Source: Octopus vulgaris (lineage: Eukaryota). Taken from it: a stretch of DNA of 64,000 nt. The DNA is taken from NCBI GenBank assembly GCA_951406725.2, contig OX597819.1:99138001-99202000 (forward strand), read 5' to 3'. The notes under the pieces are model-generated. The model was not told the DNA's origin. It searched no databases and saw only the letters and a list, made by a program, of their open reading frames with translations. Shown one piece after another: positions 11,869 to 25,663 of the stretch. The translations under genes were made by a program, and so were the position numbers. How positions within the stretch are numbered: the first letter of the stretch is position 1; every line of letters begins with the position of its first letter.

Positions 11869-13678
11869 TGACGACATTATCGGTGCCACCTCACTCTCCC
11901 TTGAACATCTAGATTCCTTCCTCTCTTTCGTTCAATCTTTCCATCCAGCCCTCCACTTCACTTCTACTATCTCCAACACCTCTGTCTCCTTCCTCGACAT
12001 TTCGGTTAGCATTCTTCACTCCACTCTTACCACCTCCATTCACTACAAACACACAAACTCACACTCATACCTCAACTTCTCTTCCTCCTACCCAGAACAC
12101 ACCAAGCTTTCCATCCCCTATTCCCAATTCCTCCGTCTACGTAGGCTCTGTAGTGACGACCATGACTTTGAGACTCAGTCTCAACGTATGGCTCACCACT
12201 TCATCCTACGTGGATACCCCTCACCACTATCCACACCGCCCTTGCCAGAGCACGTTCCGTGGACCGTGTATCTGCTCTCTCTCCCCGAACCCGCCTTGTA
12301 GTCTCCCGCCTCCCTTTTCCCCTCACTTACCACCCCACGACCCTACCTCTCCAACGCACCATTCTTCGAGCTTTCCGTCATCTCCAGTCCGACCCGTCCA
12401 CTTCACACCTCTTCCCTAACCGACCCCTCCCCTCTTTCAAACAAGCCCATAACCTTCGAGACCTTTTGGTCCATAGCTCCTTCCCTGACCCTACCTCCTA
12501 ACCTGGCTCGTTCCCCTGCTCCCGCCCACGTTGCCGCACTTGCCCTTACCTCTCCAACACCACCCTCCTCACTGGCACCCATCATCGACCCTATCGCATC
12601 ATCAACTCCTTCACCTGCACCTCCAGCAATATTATCTATTGCGTCTCTTGCTCTCTCTGCCATTCCCTGTACATCGGACAAACGGGACGCCGCTTGGCTG
12701 ACCGGTTCGCGGAACACCTCCGTGACATCCGCCTTGCGAACGACACACTGGTCTCACGCCATTTCCGCTCCACCGGTCACTCCTTGCAACACCTGTCTGT
12801 GTTCGGTTTGTCCGTACACAGAGGCCATCTGGATTCCCGTTTGCGCCGTGAACAGGAATTAATCTTCTCTCTTCGCTCTTATACGCCATTTGGTCTCAAC
12901 TCTCCCCCCTCCTCATCTAACCCCCTCCCCCCTCATCTAACCTCCCCCGACCCCTACTTCTCTTCAGTCCTTCATCCTTTCATCCCTACTCCTCTTCCCT
13001 TCCCTCTTTCTCCCTCCCTCCTTCTTCCCTCTTCCCCTTCCCTCTTTCTCTCTGCTCCCTCACTCCCCTTCTCTCTCTCTCTCTCTCCCCCTCTCCCTCT
13101 ATCCTCCCTCCTCCTCTTCTCCTCTCCTTCCTTCTCCCCCTTCCCCTCCTCTTCTCCCCTTTCTTTCTCCCTCCTCACCCTCACTCCTCCCCTCTCTCCC
13201 CCCTCTTCCCTCATCTTCTCTCTCTACACTACACCATACGACTTTACACATCACATCATATATACATACACACGTCCAGACCTCTCATACGCACTAATAC
13301 TCTCTCATACACACACACACACTCTTCTCATACACACACACACACTCCTATGTTGGAGCGAGGTCATTTAACCCTATTATCTCCCCTAATTTCGCTCTTG
13401 CGTCTCACGTTTGATCTTTGACTTCTGGCCGAAATCAGATCGCCATGTTGATTCGCTAGCCTCTGCATGCATTTTTTTCTCTCCTTCTTTCTGTGTTTCT
13501 TCTCTGTGTATCTTTCTGTTGAAGAGCGTAGGCTCGAAACGTTAAAGACTTGTTTTATTTATATTTCCTGAGCACCATACTAATACAATTGTTTGTTTGT
13601 ATTCCACCTGCCTTCGTCTTTTGTTTATTTCCGTAAACCTGCCTTCGTCTTTTGTTTATTTTCATAAAGCTTCCCGTT
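11869..13678 (+). mobile_element. 5'-truncated Penelope-like element (Neptune-like): RT C-terminus, GIY-YIG endonuclease and pLTR
   Basis: DD...FLDI...HSYL...SIPYSQFLRLRRLCS, then PCSRPRCRTC and NIIYCVSCSLC..LYIGQT.RRL..RF.EH, with one frameshift and one stop. Flanked by (TA)n. Confidence 0.92.
13511..13548 (+). ncRNA. Minimal type-I hammerhead-like motif in the Penelope pLTR (A6U variant)
   Basis: Stem I TCTTT/AAAGA, core CTGTTGA+A, stem II GAGC-GTAG-GCTC, GAAA, palindromic AACGTT in place of stem III. Confidence 0.6.
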
Positions 13679-13770
13679 ATATATATATATAACATGATCG
13701 ATCGTTAGCCATGATCAATCGTTAGCCACTACACACATTTTTTTCTCTCTTTGTTTTTTTCGTAAACTTT

Positions 13771-13806
<36 letters not shown>

Positions 13807-13808
<2 letters not shown>

Positions 13809-14461
13809 AATAAGAAAGTAGAGGGGATTTAAAATCGACAGTCACCAGCTGGTAAACATTCCAGTATCTCTATTTATTCAAATGTATTGGATGAATCCAC
13901 ACACATGTATTAGTGGTACAGATTATCAAGTAAAAAAAAGTTGGTAATTGCATAAACAAGGGTGTGGAAGCACATAAGCATATGGAAATAAGTGAGTAAT
14001 TAAGCAAATGGGTAAATGAGCAGATTGTCATTAAAACCGAATGGGTATGCGGGTGCTAGTTCCTTACAGCCATTTCTGCCAAGAGGCAATGAAATCTTCC
14101 AGGTTATTTCATCTCTTCAGTGTTATGCAGGGATGAGCAGATAATGCTTGGATTTTCTGCTCATCCCTGCATAACACTGAAGAGATGGAGATAACCTGGA
14201 AGATTTCATTACCTCTTGGCATAAATGGCTGTAAGGAACTAGCACCAGCACACCCATCCGATTTTAGTGACAATCTGCTCATTTGCTTAATTACTCACAT
14301 GCTTCCACACCCTTGTTTATACAATTACCAACTTTTTTCTATTTGATAATATGTACCACTAATACATGTGTATGTATTCATCTAATACATTGGGATAGAC
14401 ATACTGGAATATTTACCAGCTGGTGACTGTCAATTTTATATCCTCTCCACTTCCTTATTTG
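13807..14461. repeat. Fold-back palindrome, arms about 335 and 305 bp, 14-nt loop (14142-14155)
   Basis: caaataagaaagtagagggg...gggatgagcaga is the reverse complement of tctgctcatccc...cacttccttatttg, with substitutions and indels. Confidence 0.95.
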
Positions 14462-15116
14462 CCGTATAAAACAAGGGTAAACCACTTTTTACCCCCGCCC
14501 ATATATAATACTCTATTGTGAGATTGCCATACAATAACTAGCACTTGGGTATGAATAATTGGGTACACTACCAGCAGTATATTGGATAGGTACTATCCTT
14601 TAGTTGGTTTCTCAACCTCTAACTCACACAGAAATATATATGATGGTCTTCTTTCAGTTTCCGTCGACCAAATCCACTCACAAGGCTTTGGTCGGCCCAA
14701 GGCTATAGTAGAAAATACTTGCCCAAGGTGCCATGTACATATATATATATAACATGTGGCTGTGTGGAAAGAAGCTTGCTTCCCAATCACATGGTTCTGG
14801 GTTCAGTCCAATTGCGCAGCACCTTTGGCAAATGTCTTGGGCCGACCAAAGTCTTGTGAGTGGATTAAGTTGATGGAAACTGAAAGAAGACTGTTATATA
14901 CATGTATGTGTGTGTCTTTGTGTCTGTGTTTATTTGCTCATCACTGCTTGACAATCGGAAGTTTACATCCCTGCAACTTAGCAGTTCAGCAAAATATGTC
15001 CTAAGTTCAACTTGTTCAACTAAAGGTGGTGCTCCAGCATGGTTGCAGTCGAGAATTACTGAAACAAGTAAAAGAGTAAAATATTAAAATACACATGCAT
15101 ATTATATATACTCATG

Positions 15117-15300
15117 TGGAGGCATATGGCTTAGTGGTTAGGGTGTTGAACTCATGACCATAAGATTGTGGTTTCAATTCCTGGACTGGGTGATGCTCTG
15201 TGTTCTTGAACAAAACACTTCATTTCACATTGCTCCAGTTTACTCAGCAGACAAAAATGAGTTATCTTGTGATGGATTGGTGTCCCATCCTGGAGAGGAA
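15117..15300 (+). mobile_element. tRNA-derived SINE, family C (degenerate)
   Basis: tggcttagtggttaggg head and cttgaacaaaacactt core, homologous to 26190-26516. Confidence 0.75.
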
Positions 15301-15304
15301 TATA

Positions 15305-15782
15305 TCATCATCATCATCATCATCATCGTTTAGCGTCCGCTTTCCATGCTAGCATGGGTTGGACGGTTCAACTGGGGTCTGGGAAGCCAGAAGGCTGCAC
15401 CAGGCCCAGTTTGATCTGGCAATGTTTCTACGGCTGGATGCCCTTCCTAACGCCAACCACTCCATGAGTGTAGTGGGTGCTTTTTACGTGCCACCGGCAT
15501 AGGTGCCAGACGGGGCTGGCAAATGGCCACGATCGGATGGTGCTTTTTATGTGCCACCGGCATGGAGGCCAGGCGAGGCTGGCAAATGGCCACGATCGGA
15601 TGGTGCTTTTTATGTGCCACCGGCATGGGGGCCAGGCGAGGCTGGCAACGGCCATGAATGGATGGTGCTTTTTACGTGCCACCGGCACGAGGCCAGTCGG
15701 GGCGGCGCTGGCAACGGCCACGTTCGGATGGTTCTCTTACGTGCCACCGGCACTGGTAACTCAGCTGCAATTTCCATTGATC
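15305..15782 (-). mobile_element. 3' end of the RTE-PHD family, with ~57-bp internal repeats and a (GAT)n tail
   Basis: Reverse complement of 56950-57332. Similar copies occur at 17865-18400, 45715-45895 and 46795-46970. Confidence 0.9.
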
Positions 15783-16351
15783 GATATATATGCTATGGAA
15801 ATCAGGACGCCAGTCCCATGAGTCGATATGATTCGGGAAAGAACTTTACTTTTACTTTTACACACACACTTCTGAATATGTACATGGATTGAAGTAATTT
15901 GAATTATAATCTTAAGATAAGTCTATTGCATCATTTCACTGTATTTAGGCTGATAAAGAAAAGGAGCAATTATGTTAATACCAACACCTGTGACAGTTAC
16001 AATAAATAGTGACAAATAAATGCCCTTATCAGAAGAGCATAAGTCAATGGAACACCAAAATAAACAGTTGCATTCTTTATCTTGGAAATGGCATAAGTGA
16101 CATTTCTATATAAAATTAATCATATATTTCTTCCACCGCATGGGCTAAGAATTGCTTTAAACTTTGAAAGCTGAAAACAGCATAAACTGCTTAGTAAAAC
16201 GTGACTTTGCTCTTCTTGTAAAACTTCTTTGGTTAAAACATATATTCTGTATAACTTTTTTATGTGGCAACTTTTCAGTTAAATATGATTCCTTTCTTGT
16301 GTAAAACTCATTGTGTGAAAACATTCACTTATATTTTTCTCTTAAAACTTT

Positions 16352-16356
<5 letters not shown>

Positions 16357-16394
<38 letters not shown>

Positions 16395-17440
16395 AATTAT
16401 TGTATACAGTGCTCAGGTGCACCACAACTTGTCAGAAAGTGCATATAAAGTACATGCAGTAATGTAGAAATGTCTGGAAAGTGAACATGCTTGTGTGTGT
16501 ATGGAGGGGAGAAAATCAAGTGTAGTGTTGGCGAATCTCAGGAAGCATGGAAGTCTTGAAGGATGCAGTGCTCCGACAACTAACAACCGATGCCGGCAGT
16601 TTGTGCCACGCTTCAGCAACTCTCAGCGTGAAAAAATGTTTCCTGAAGTCATGGGAGCTGTGCTGTTTTCTTACTTTGTAAATATGTCCACGGGTGTTAG
16701 ATGGGTGGAGTTTGAAGAGGTGCTCAGAGTTATTGTTTGTGCGATGGTTGATAATTTTATGGGTGTCTGCCAAGTCAGCTCCCAGACGTCGGAGTTTCAA
16801 TGTGTCCATGCCCAGGGAAGTAAGGCGTGCAGGATATGGCAAATGCCTGATGGAGGGTATTCTTTTGGTTGCACGTCGCTGAAGAGCTTCCAGACGATTG
16901 ATGTCCTGGGCAAGATAGGGGTTCCAGACCGGTGATGCAAATTCCAGGTGAGGTCTTACCATAGCTATATAAAGCCACAGATAGATAGCCGGAGAGCGGC
17001 TCACAAAGGATTTGGTGAGTGATGCCAAGACACCCTCAGCCTTCTTGACAATTTTAGCGATGTGTTTTGTCCAACGCAAATCACTGTCGACAATAACACC
17101 CAGGTCACGTTCACTTGAAGACTTTTTGAGACTAGTGTTGTGGAGGGAGTAGGTGGACACTGGGTTTCTCCTCCCAAAATGCATGGTGGTACATTTGTCC
17201 ACAGCCAGCTTGAGTTGCCAGTCCATGATCCACTGCTGCATTGTGTCCAGGTCTGCTTGCAATAGAGATCCATAGTGTATAGGATTTGACCTCTTTATTT
17301 CGAGGTACAGCTTGATGTCATCTGCATATTTCAGCACTGTGGCATTCTTTAAGTTGGCATCTATGTCATTAACATATGCAACAAATAAAAGGGGGCCAAG
17401 AACAGATCCCTGCGGCACACCAGATGTCATCTCATATGAA
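16357..17440 (-). mobile_element. 5'-truncated CR1-group LINE (RT C-terminal half, open 309-aa frame)
   Basis: GVPQGSVLGPLLF, YADD, ERDLGV, VRPHLEFASPVWNP and FFTLRV..W..LP, followed by an (ATT)n tail. Confidence 0.93.
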
Positions 17441-17574
17441 AACATTTATTATGTGAAAACATAAGACATAATTTTATCTTTCTTATCTTTATTTGATATA
17501 TATATATATATATATATATGAATAGTAAATCAAAAAAAAAAAGAACAAACACAAAAAAAACACAACGCGAGAAT

Positions 17575-17862
17575 GTGATACATGTAATGTATTAGCAGAT
17601 GCTCAGGGAAGGAAAGACAGATGGTTTAACGTTTCGAGCAGATGCTCTTCTTTGGAAACAGAGGAAAGTCCAATAGAAGTGAAGATGGAGGAAGAAAATC
17701 ACCAATGATTCACATGTGGTTATGTGAATCATTGGTGATTTTCTTCCTCCATCTTCCCTTCTATTGGACCTTCCTCTGTTTCCAAAGAAGAGCGTCTGCT
17801 CGAAACATTAAACCATCTTTCTTTCCTTCCCTGAGCATCTGCTAATACTTTACATGTATCAC
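17575..17862. repeat. Fold-back palindrome (~140-bp arms, 6-nt loop) with a hammerhead-like motif in each arm
   Basis: gtgatacatgtaa...gattcacat-GTGGTT-atgtgaatc...ttacatgtatcac. GTTT-CCAAAGA-A-GAGC..GCTC-GAAACRTT-AAAC occurs at 17778-17813 (+) and 17624-17659 (-). Confidence 0.92.
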
Positions 17863-19056
17863 GCCCTGGTGGCACATAAAAAGCACCCACTACACTCTCG
17901 GAGTGGTTGGCATTAGGAAGGGCTCCAGCTGTAGAAACATTCCCAGGTCAGATTGGAGCCTGGTGCAGCTGCTGGCTTTCCGACCTCAGTCAAACCATGC
18001 AACCCATGCCTGCATGAAAAACGGACATTAAACGATGATGATGATGATGATTATATATATATATATATAATCATCATCATCATCGTTTAATAAACACCGA
18101 AAACACCATATCCGAGCATGGCCGTCTGCCAGCCTCGTCTGGCACCTGTGTCGGTGGCACATAAAAAACACCATCCGAGCGTGGCCGTCTGCCAACCTCG
18201 TCTGGCACCTGTGTCGGTGGCACATAAAATCACCCACTACACTCTCGGAGTGGTTGGCGTTAGGAAGGGCATCCAGCTGTAGAAACACTGCCAGATCTGA
18301 CTGGCCTGGTGTAGCCTTCGGGCTTGCCAGACCCCAGTTGAACCGTCCAACCCATGCTAGCATGGAAAGCGGACGTTAAACGATGATGATGATGATGATG
18401 ATATATGTCCTTCCAAGCCTGTTTCTTTTCTCTAATAGCCCTGTCAACAACATTGTTCCACCACCATGTAATCTTGGGTCAAGAGGGGACTTTGCACCAT
18501 CCACAGACTTGGTCAGTGGCTCTCAGCCAGTTGTCCCATAAAAACCTCCAATTGTCATCCACATCGGGTGAAACTACATCCCCTTCTATTTCGTCAAAGG
18601 CTTCGAGTGTTACATCTCTAAATCTTTGTCGATTCGCAGGATCTTTAAGCTTCCATATATATATATATATATATATATTTAATGTAGAATAAAATTATTT
18701 TCGAAAAAAAAAATTTTATCAATGGCCAGCATATTAAAAAATACTGGAGTATTTCTATTTTGGATGTATTTGGGGTACTTAATTGTGCTCATGACTTAGT
18801 GTTTTGCTTCTTCCATGGGTATTAGTAAGTATCTCATTTATTTCTTTTGCCACATTTATCACTGACAAAGGGAGGGTACTTATGAACTAACCCTGAAATC
18901 GGTCCGATATGGTAATAATGGAATTTTTTCAGAAATTTCTGTCGACCTTTTTTCGAGTAGCGTGCATATTGTGAAAAATTATTTGGTTATGGACAATGTG
19001 TCCAATTTCGGCATATTTGGCATTAGAAATTTTTTTGTTTGCCCTTATTTATAAGT

Positions 19057-19095
<39 letters not shown>

Positions 19096-20704
19096 CAGTT
19101 TTCTTCCACTTTTCATCTACCAAATCCACTATATACAATAATGGTGATGTTCTTAACTGTTATATGAGAATGTAAATATGTTTGCAAATTGTTTTTGTTA
19201 CATGTTATTCTGGGTTCTGAATACTTTTATTTTAATAAATGTTGCTTACTGCAAGTTATGGATGATTCTTTTATGACTTCATTGCTTTCAGGCTCAGCTT
19301 AAGGTATTTTCGTGCCCGACATCATAAAATGCGTCTGAATGAACATTGCCGGACAGCAAATAGAGACTTGGACATTGCTTAGAAAATATTTTTCATTTTT
19401 AGTATATAGTATGCACTAGGGATTTTGATCTTTAAATTTCGGGAAAAAAATGCGGATTATACGCGAAGATTTACAGTATGTATTTATAGTTCCCTGCCTG
19501 ACTGAACTTCCTCCACTCATGGACCCTCATCTCTCCTACCTTCTTCTTGAATCTTCAATACTCCTCCTTATCCACCTTACCATCACTTCATCCAGATTAC
19601 CATTAGATCCTTATACTTTTCAGACTCTACCATCATGGATCTTACTGTACACTTTTGTTTATGTATTATGTACGTATGTATGTTTGTATGTATGTATGTA
19701 TGTATGTTTCTATGTATGTATGTATGTATGTATGTATGCGTGTATGTATGTATGTATGTATGTATGTATGTATGTAGGTAGGTAGGTAATGTATGTATAT
19801 ATGTATGCATGTAGGTAGGTAGGCAGGCATGCATGCACATATGTATGCAAAACTTGTATGTATGTATGTATGCATGCATGCATTTACGTATGTATGTATG
19901 CATGTATGTGCATATGTAAATTTGCATGTATGTATGTGTGTGTATTTACATGCACATGTTTCTTTTTTATAACCTGCTTTATGGAATATGCAGTTCCTTT
20001 TCTCTATTATTTTTCTTCTGATTCCAAACCAAGTCCAATATATTTGATAGGTTTAAAGCCTGTATACAATGCACAATGATATGCACAATGATACTATGCA
20101 GCTAACTTTCTGTGGCCTACTTACTTAATATATGTTCTCTGTCTGCTTACATATTGTAATGAATATAAGTCTCTAAGCTTGTTTATGAACAAACAAGTGG
20201 GCTAAACATTTTAACCATTCCTTCCTTCTCTTCACATTGACAATCAGATTCATGACTATGAATTTAGTGAAGCATTAAATTGATGTCCGCCACAGAACCA
20301 CACTACACCTGTTCAGGGTGATTCAGTAGTCAAGTAACCACAGCTCAATTTTCTGAGATATTTAATTACAGTTTCAATTAGATCATCTTTCAAAGTGGCT
20401 TCAGTGTATAATAGTAATAGGTGGCAGTAGTGATGGTGGTGGTATCTAAAATAGAAGGTGTTGTTTTGCTTTTAACTCACGATGTTGAACCAGATCTTAG
20501 AGAGCTATAACAGGTGATAGGCAGATTTTTTCATACGCCTGAGAAATTGTACTTTCTCAAAAGTTTATTTCATGGAGCTATTTAAGAATAGTTTTCAGTC
20601 TTTTCTGTATTGTGAGCACTTTTTACTTTAGTATCACCTTAGAAAATCCCTTCAAACTTTTTAATGCAAATTTTCCAGTGCAAAGGCAGCTTACAGTAGT
20701 CCAA

Positions 20705-21116
20705 TACTCTTTTACTTACTTGTTTCAGTCATTTGACTGCGGCCATGCTGGAGCACTGCCTTTATAGTCGACCCCAGAGCTTATTCTTTGTAAGCCTAGT
20801 ACTTATTCTATTGGTCTCTTTTGCTGAACCGCTAAGTTACAGGGATGTAAACACACTAGTATCAGTTGTCAAGCAATGTTGAGGGGATAAACAAACACAC
20901 AAACATATATACACACACATACATACATGCATATATATATATATACATATACGATGGGCTTTTTTTCAGTTTCTGTCTACCAAATCCACTCACAATGCTT
21001 TGGTTGGCCTGAGGCTATAGTAGAAGACACTTACCCAAGGTGCTCCACAGTGGGACTGAACCCATGACCATGTGGTTGGTAAGCAAGCTACTTACCACAC
21101 AGCTACTCCTGTGCCT
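20705..21116 (-). mobile_element. Full-length family-A SINE
   Basis: tRNA-like head (A-box-like GTAGCTGTGTGG, B-box-like GGTTCAGTCCC on the minus strand), internal microsatellite and AAAGAGT tail. Confidence 0.88.
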
Positions 21117-21935
21117 GAATAAATATCATCTTTCAAGAAGGATCTTTTTTTTTTTAATCTGATGGAAATACATTCAAATACATTCAAAGGAAATAATTTC
21201 TTTGATTCAAAGGAAGAGAAAAGATGATCTAAGCGTAAGAAAAATAGCTGTTGATTTGAAGATTTCAAAGTCTACAGGAGAATATATGTTCAAGAACAAG
21301 TATAACTAAAAGAAGAAGAAAAGGGGAAGGAAAAAGTCACTTAGGGTGAGAACTTAAAGGTGAATGAAAATGACTGTCCCATGTTCTGGTAGTCTGAAAA
21401 ATATTATCACACAATTTTGATAAAACTTTCACAAAATACTACATAAATGCTTACATATGTGCTCAGGTTGTGCAATGAAAACAGGAATATTATGCACAGG
21501 TTTACATTGTTTTACTCTACAAGTGTGTTTACTACTAAGTGTCTATAAGCACTACAATTCAAATGTTTGAAAAAATGTCTAAGCCCTGTATAAAAGACAT
21601 TACAGCTGTGTGACCATCCTGAAATTTTAGGTATATGTCTAAGATCAAATTATTCTAATGTGTATTTACCTTATTTATTTGAGATGGTAGGGAATGTGAT
21701 TTGAGGGCTGTCGTCCCTAGCAGGCTGCAACAGTGTAAAACAGTAATGAGGAATCACTTTAATACTACAGGTGTATTTCTTGTGCAGTTCATATCTCTAC
21801 TGAGAAAAATCATGAACCTTTAATATCAAAAGAATCCATATATAATTTTTAATTATTGGTTTGAAATTTTATTTCTGATATGAGTTTTAGAGACTTCTTT
21901 TGTGGAAAGTATCACATTTGCAGGGTGGTTTAGAG

Positions 21936-22066
21936 CAGTCATGGGCAAACTACAACCAACAAAACTTTCTGAATGGTATACCAACAAATTTTTTAGTAGT
22001 GTAGCCTACCTGGTGATAAGTCATGCCTCATGTGGTCTACTTCTTGAGAATAGTTGCCCAATCTTG
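21936..22066. mobile_element. hAT (Charlie-like) MITE
   Basis: Ends CAGTCATGGGCAAACT / AGTTGCCCAATCTTG, with an 8-bp TSD GTTTAGAG / GTTTAAAG. Confidence 0.7.
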
Positions 22067-22267
22067 GTTTAAAGATATCTGTGTTGGCTAGACCATAAAA
22101 AAGAGTTGTTGTTTAGCTCCAGTTCAGCTCTGGTTAAGTTCAGAGCTATAACCAAAATGATTCCAGTCATGACCATCTAGTCTTTTTTATATATTTATCA
22201 GGGACCAATCGTCCAGAGTATCAGTTATGTAAAGAAGGTGGAATGTAGTTGAGGGAATTTAGCTTCT

Positions 22268-22506
22268 AATTCTTATTTCTTTATTGTCCACAAGAGGCTA
22301 AACACAGAGGCGACAAACAAGGACAGGCAAAGTGATTAAGTTGATTACATCGACCCCAGTGCGTAACTGGTACTTAATTTATCGACTCTGAACGGATGAA
22401 AGGCAAAGTCGACCATGGCAGAATTTGAACTCAGAACGTAAAGACAGACGAAATACCGCTAAGTATTTCGCCTGGCGTGCTAATGTTTCAGCCAGTTTGC
22501 CACCTT
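22268..22506 (-). mobile_element. Family-B SINE
   Basis: Same core as the 6540-8630 cluster, with the tRNA-like head at the right end. Confidence 0.85.
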
Positions 22507-22862
22507 GCTACTAATTCTACTAGAATTTAGCTACTAATTCTTGCAAGATAAGTAACCACAGAGAGGTCCAGTTATAGCTGATCAGGGGAATGAAAGAGTA
22601 GAGAAGTAATGGTGGTATGGCCATGTGACAGCAGTGAATGGTAGATAAGACATGTAATGGTTGTGGATGGAGGCTACAATAGTGATAGGTGACTGTGGTG
22701 GTATAGAAATGTGGAGGCAGTGGATCGTAGCTAGAGTTGAGATTGATTACAGTGGATATGTAGCAGAAGAGGATGGCTGCTACTGGTGAGATATGTTACA
22801 GTTGCTGAACGAAATATTTGGTTACAAATAAAGATAACAACAGATCTGATTTCTTTGTAAAA

Positions 22863-22868
22863 TTTAAT
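22863..22868 (-). terminator. Candidate poly(A) signal ATTAAA
   Basis: Minus strand reads gaaATTAAAttttacaaagaaa followed by a U/GU-rich element tgttgttatctttatttgt. Confidence 0.35.
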
Positions 22869-23061
22869 TTCCCAAAAATGTCAATAAGATGTGTACAATT
22901 GTAAAAATGAAAATTGTGGAATTCTTGGAGATTAAGTCTTACTACTTGGGATCTTCACTATACAACTGCCATCATGAACAACAACAACAATAATCAATTA
23001 AAATGTATAAAGTATTATAAAACAAAAACGATTCTTGCTACAGGAATGCCATTTGTAAAGT

Positions 23062-23133
<72 letters not shown>

Positions 23134-24290
23134 ATTAACTGAACTCTAAAACAACAATAACAACAACAATATCAGCAAGATATCAAATAAAGTTTGAATG
23201 TCTGGTTTTGAAATACAAGGAAATTCAGACAAAAATTGTTCACTAAACTGAACTGGTAAAAGGACTATATATATACATTTTGGATTTTAACAATAGAATT
23301 ATATACACACTAGTGTATGTATGCTTGTATTGTAGTGAAATCCAAAACCAAACTGTACTGATCCTTATGGAATTATTTTATTACATGCAACAGTTCTCAG
23401 TGTCAACTTGCTCACTGATTTTATTCTAGTGGAATGTCACAAAATTTTAATCTTCAGATACAACCTGATTACATAAAAAAAAGTAGATGTTGACTAGATG
23501 GGTAGACACAGTGTCCATTCAATGCCCACTTTTCCATGCTAGCATGGGCGAGAAAGGGGGTTTTTTGAAGCAGGATTTTTACAGCCAGATGTTCTGGTTG
23601 CCAACCCTTACTCGTTTCTCAAGTAAGGGATTTTTTCTTTACTCCAGATGTCTTACAAAGCATAGAGCGACCAATCATAATGTCAACAAGGACTGTAAAT
23701 ATTATATCACTGTGAGATCTCCATATTCAGACACTCAGACACATACAAACATACCTCTAACTTAATGCAACAAAGTGTTCCCTTGTGATCCATTGTAGCT
23801 GAGCATTTAAATGCACTTGGGATACCTAAGGCAAGGCTCCAAACAACCATGACAGTAAAATGTACATAAGAAATATAAAAGAAACTTGTGTTTATGCTTA
23901 TTTCTCATACATACATACATATGTATTAAATATAAATATATACACACACAGACCTCACACACACACACACAAAGTCAGTGAGGGATTATCAATCTGGGCA
24001 AAATATTTTATAAGCTCTGTTAGTGCATCAGACTCGCAATACTGTTTAGATTTGTAAAGAAATTTGCATATTCTTGTGGCAGGGTCCAAGGTAATAGTTC
24101 ATCACCATTCTATATTGTAAATCCATGGTTGGGCCCTAGTTAGCTTGGTTTTCACAGAGAGTGAGATACAAGATAAGGTGTAAATAATGGTTGCAACATA
24201 TTTACAGTTGTAAGTCAAAAATTTACTGCAATAAAGAAAAATATGTAATGACTATTATTTATACCTTGTCTTATAATATATATATATATA

Positions 24291-24686
24291 TCTTTATATA
24301 TAAAAGTGAGGTTGTGTGCTGTCTGTCTCCTACGATTTAGATTCCTAACTACTCCCACATTTTGCAGTGCAGTTTAACCAAAACCGGGTATCTTATAGTC
24401 GTGATTCATATTGAGCCCTTCTGGATATTAGCGCGCGTGTATGATGAGTCTACGATTTAAAAAAAAATTTACCATCAATTTTTCCCATTTTTAATGCATT
24501 TTTGGCATATATAAGGGAAGTAACTCTCTAAAAATTTATTATTAAATCTCAGAACGTAAAAAGCTACAGTAACACGCCCCCCCTTTGTATCTATTATTAG
24601 AGATGGCTATTATACTTTACATCTCTAAAAATGCTTATATAGTTATTTCCCTTACAAACCCGAGCAACGCCGGGCGATACTGCTAG
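24291..24686 (+). mobile_element. Non-autonomous Helitron
   Basis: 5' A|TC start, 3' hairpin CCCGAGC-AAC-GCCGGG (24659-74) and CTAG|T end. Inserted between A and T with no TSD. Confidence 0.85.
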
Positions 24687-24701
24687 TATATATATGTATA
24701 T

Positions 24702-24812
24702 AAATTTTTTTTTCGTAATGAGATAAAAAAGAAAACAAAGGTGTGTAGATTTTAGAACATTTAAAATCTACACAGCCTTGGTTTTTTATCTCATTACGAA
24801 AACAAATTTTTT
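24702..24812. repeat. Short fold-back inverted repeat
   Basis: ttcgtaatgagataaaaaa...tgtgtagatttta-loop-taaaatctacaca...ttttttatctcattacgaa. Confidence 0.85.
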
Positions 24813-25405
24813 ATAAACACATGCTGACATATGACCAACATTGAACCCTTATTCACATAATCACCGAACCTGGAACTTGACTATGGTCTATCTATAGTAC
24901 TTATTCACCATTACCTGATACCTTCGGGTCTCAATGACACCATTACCTCTCATAACCTACATATATATATATATATGTATGTATGTATGTATATGTATAT
25001 ATACACACACATATATTTATCTATATATATATATATATAGAAATACACACAGATATATCTATATATGTATATGTATGCATGTGCATGTGTGGATATATAT
25101 ATATATATATATAAATATATATATATATGTATATACACACACACATACCATATATGACAGGATTCTTATAATTTCTGTTTATGAAGTTCACTCAAAAGAC
25201 AGTGGTCTGCTTGGGGTTGTAGCAGAAGACACTGGCCTGGCCCAAAGTGCAGCTCAGTGAGATGGCTGTGATGTGAAGTTCTTAACCACACAGGTATGCC
25301 TACAACTTGCAGGCAGATGTCAAGTAGAAGGACAGACATAGACACAGACGGAACTGTGGCTTGCAACAAGTTAGCCTCATATAATTGTTTGTGTGAGTGT
25401 GAGTG

Positions 25406-25438
<33 letters not shown>

Positions 25439-25615
25439 ATGAATTCATTGTTGTCTGATCCCAGGCCAGTTCTAACAGAGGAGAACAATGATCAAAGACA
25501 TTATAACCGTGACTATCTCATCTCTGTTTGATAAGGTAGGGTGTGATTTGAAAGGATATCTGACAGTTATTTCTTGCAAGTCAACCAACTATTGACTTGT
25601 GTGCGTGTGTGTGTT

Positions 25616-25663
<48 letters not shown>

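Noticed and set aside
15470-15760. CRISPR-like array of ~57-bp units (gtgccaccggca...)
   Set aside because: The intervening parts are also homologous, the context is eukaryotic and no cas genes are present. These are RTE 3' UTR tandem repeats.
18735-19055. Possible very old Penelope endonuclease remnant on the minus strand
   Set aside because: Only scattered residues resemble the family, with no intact motif.
19255-19340. Possible decayed hammerhead (gatgat...atcataaaatgcgtc)
   Set aside because: Both core segments are mutated and stem I is absent. Too degenerate to call.
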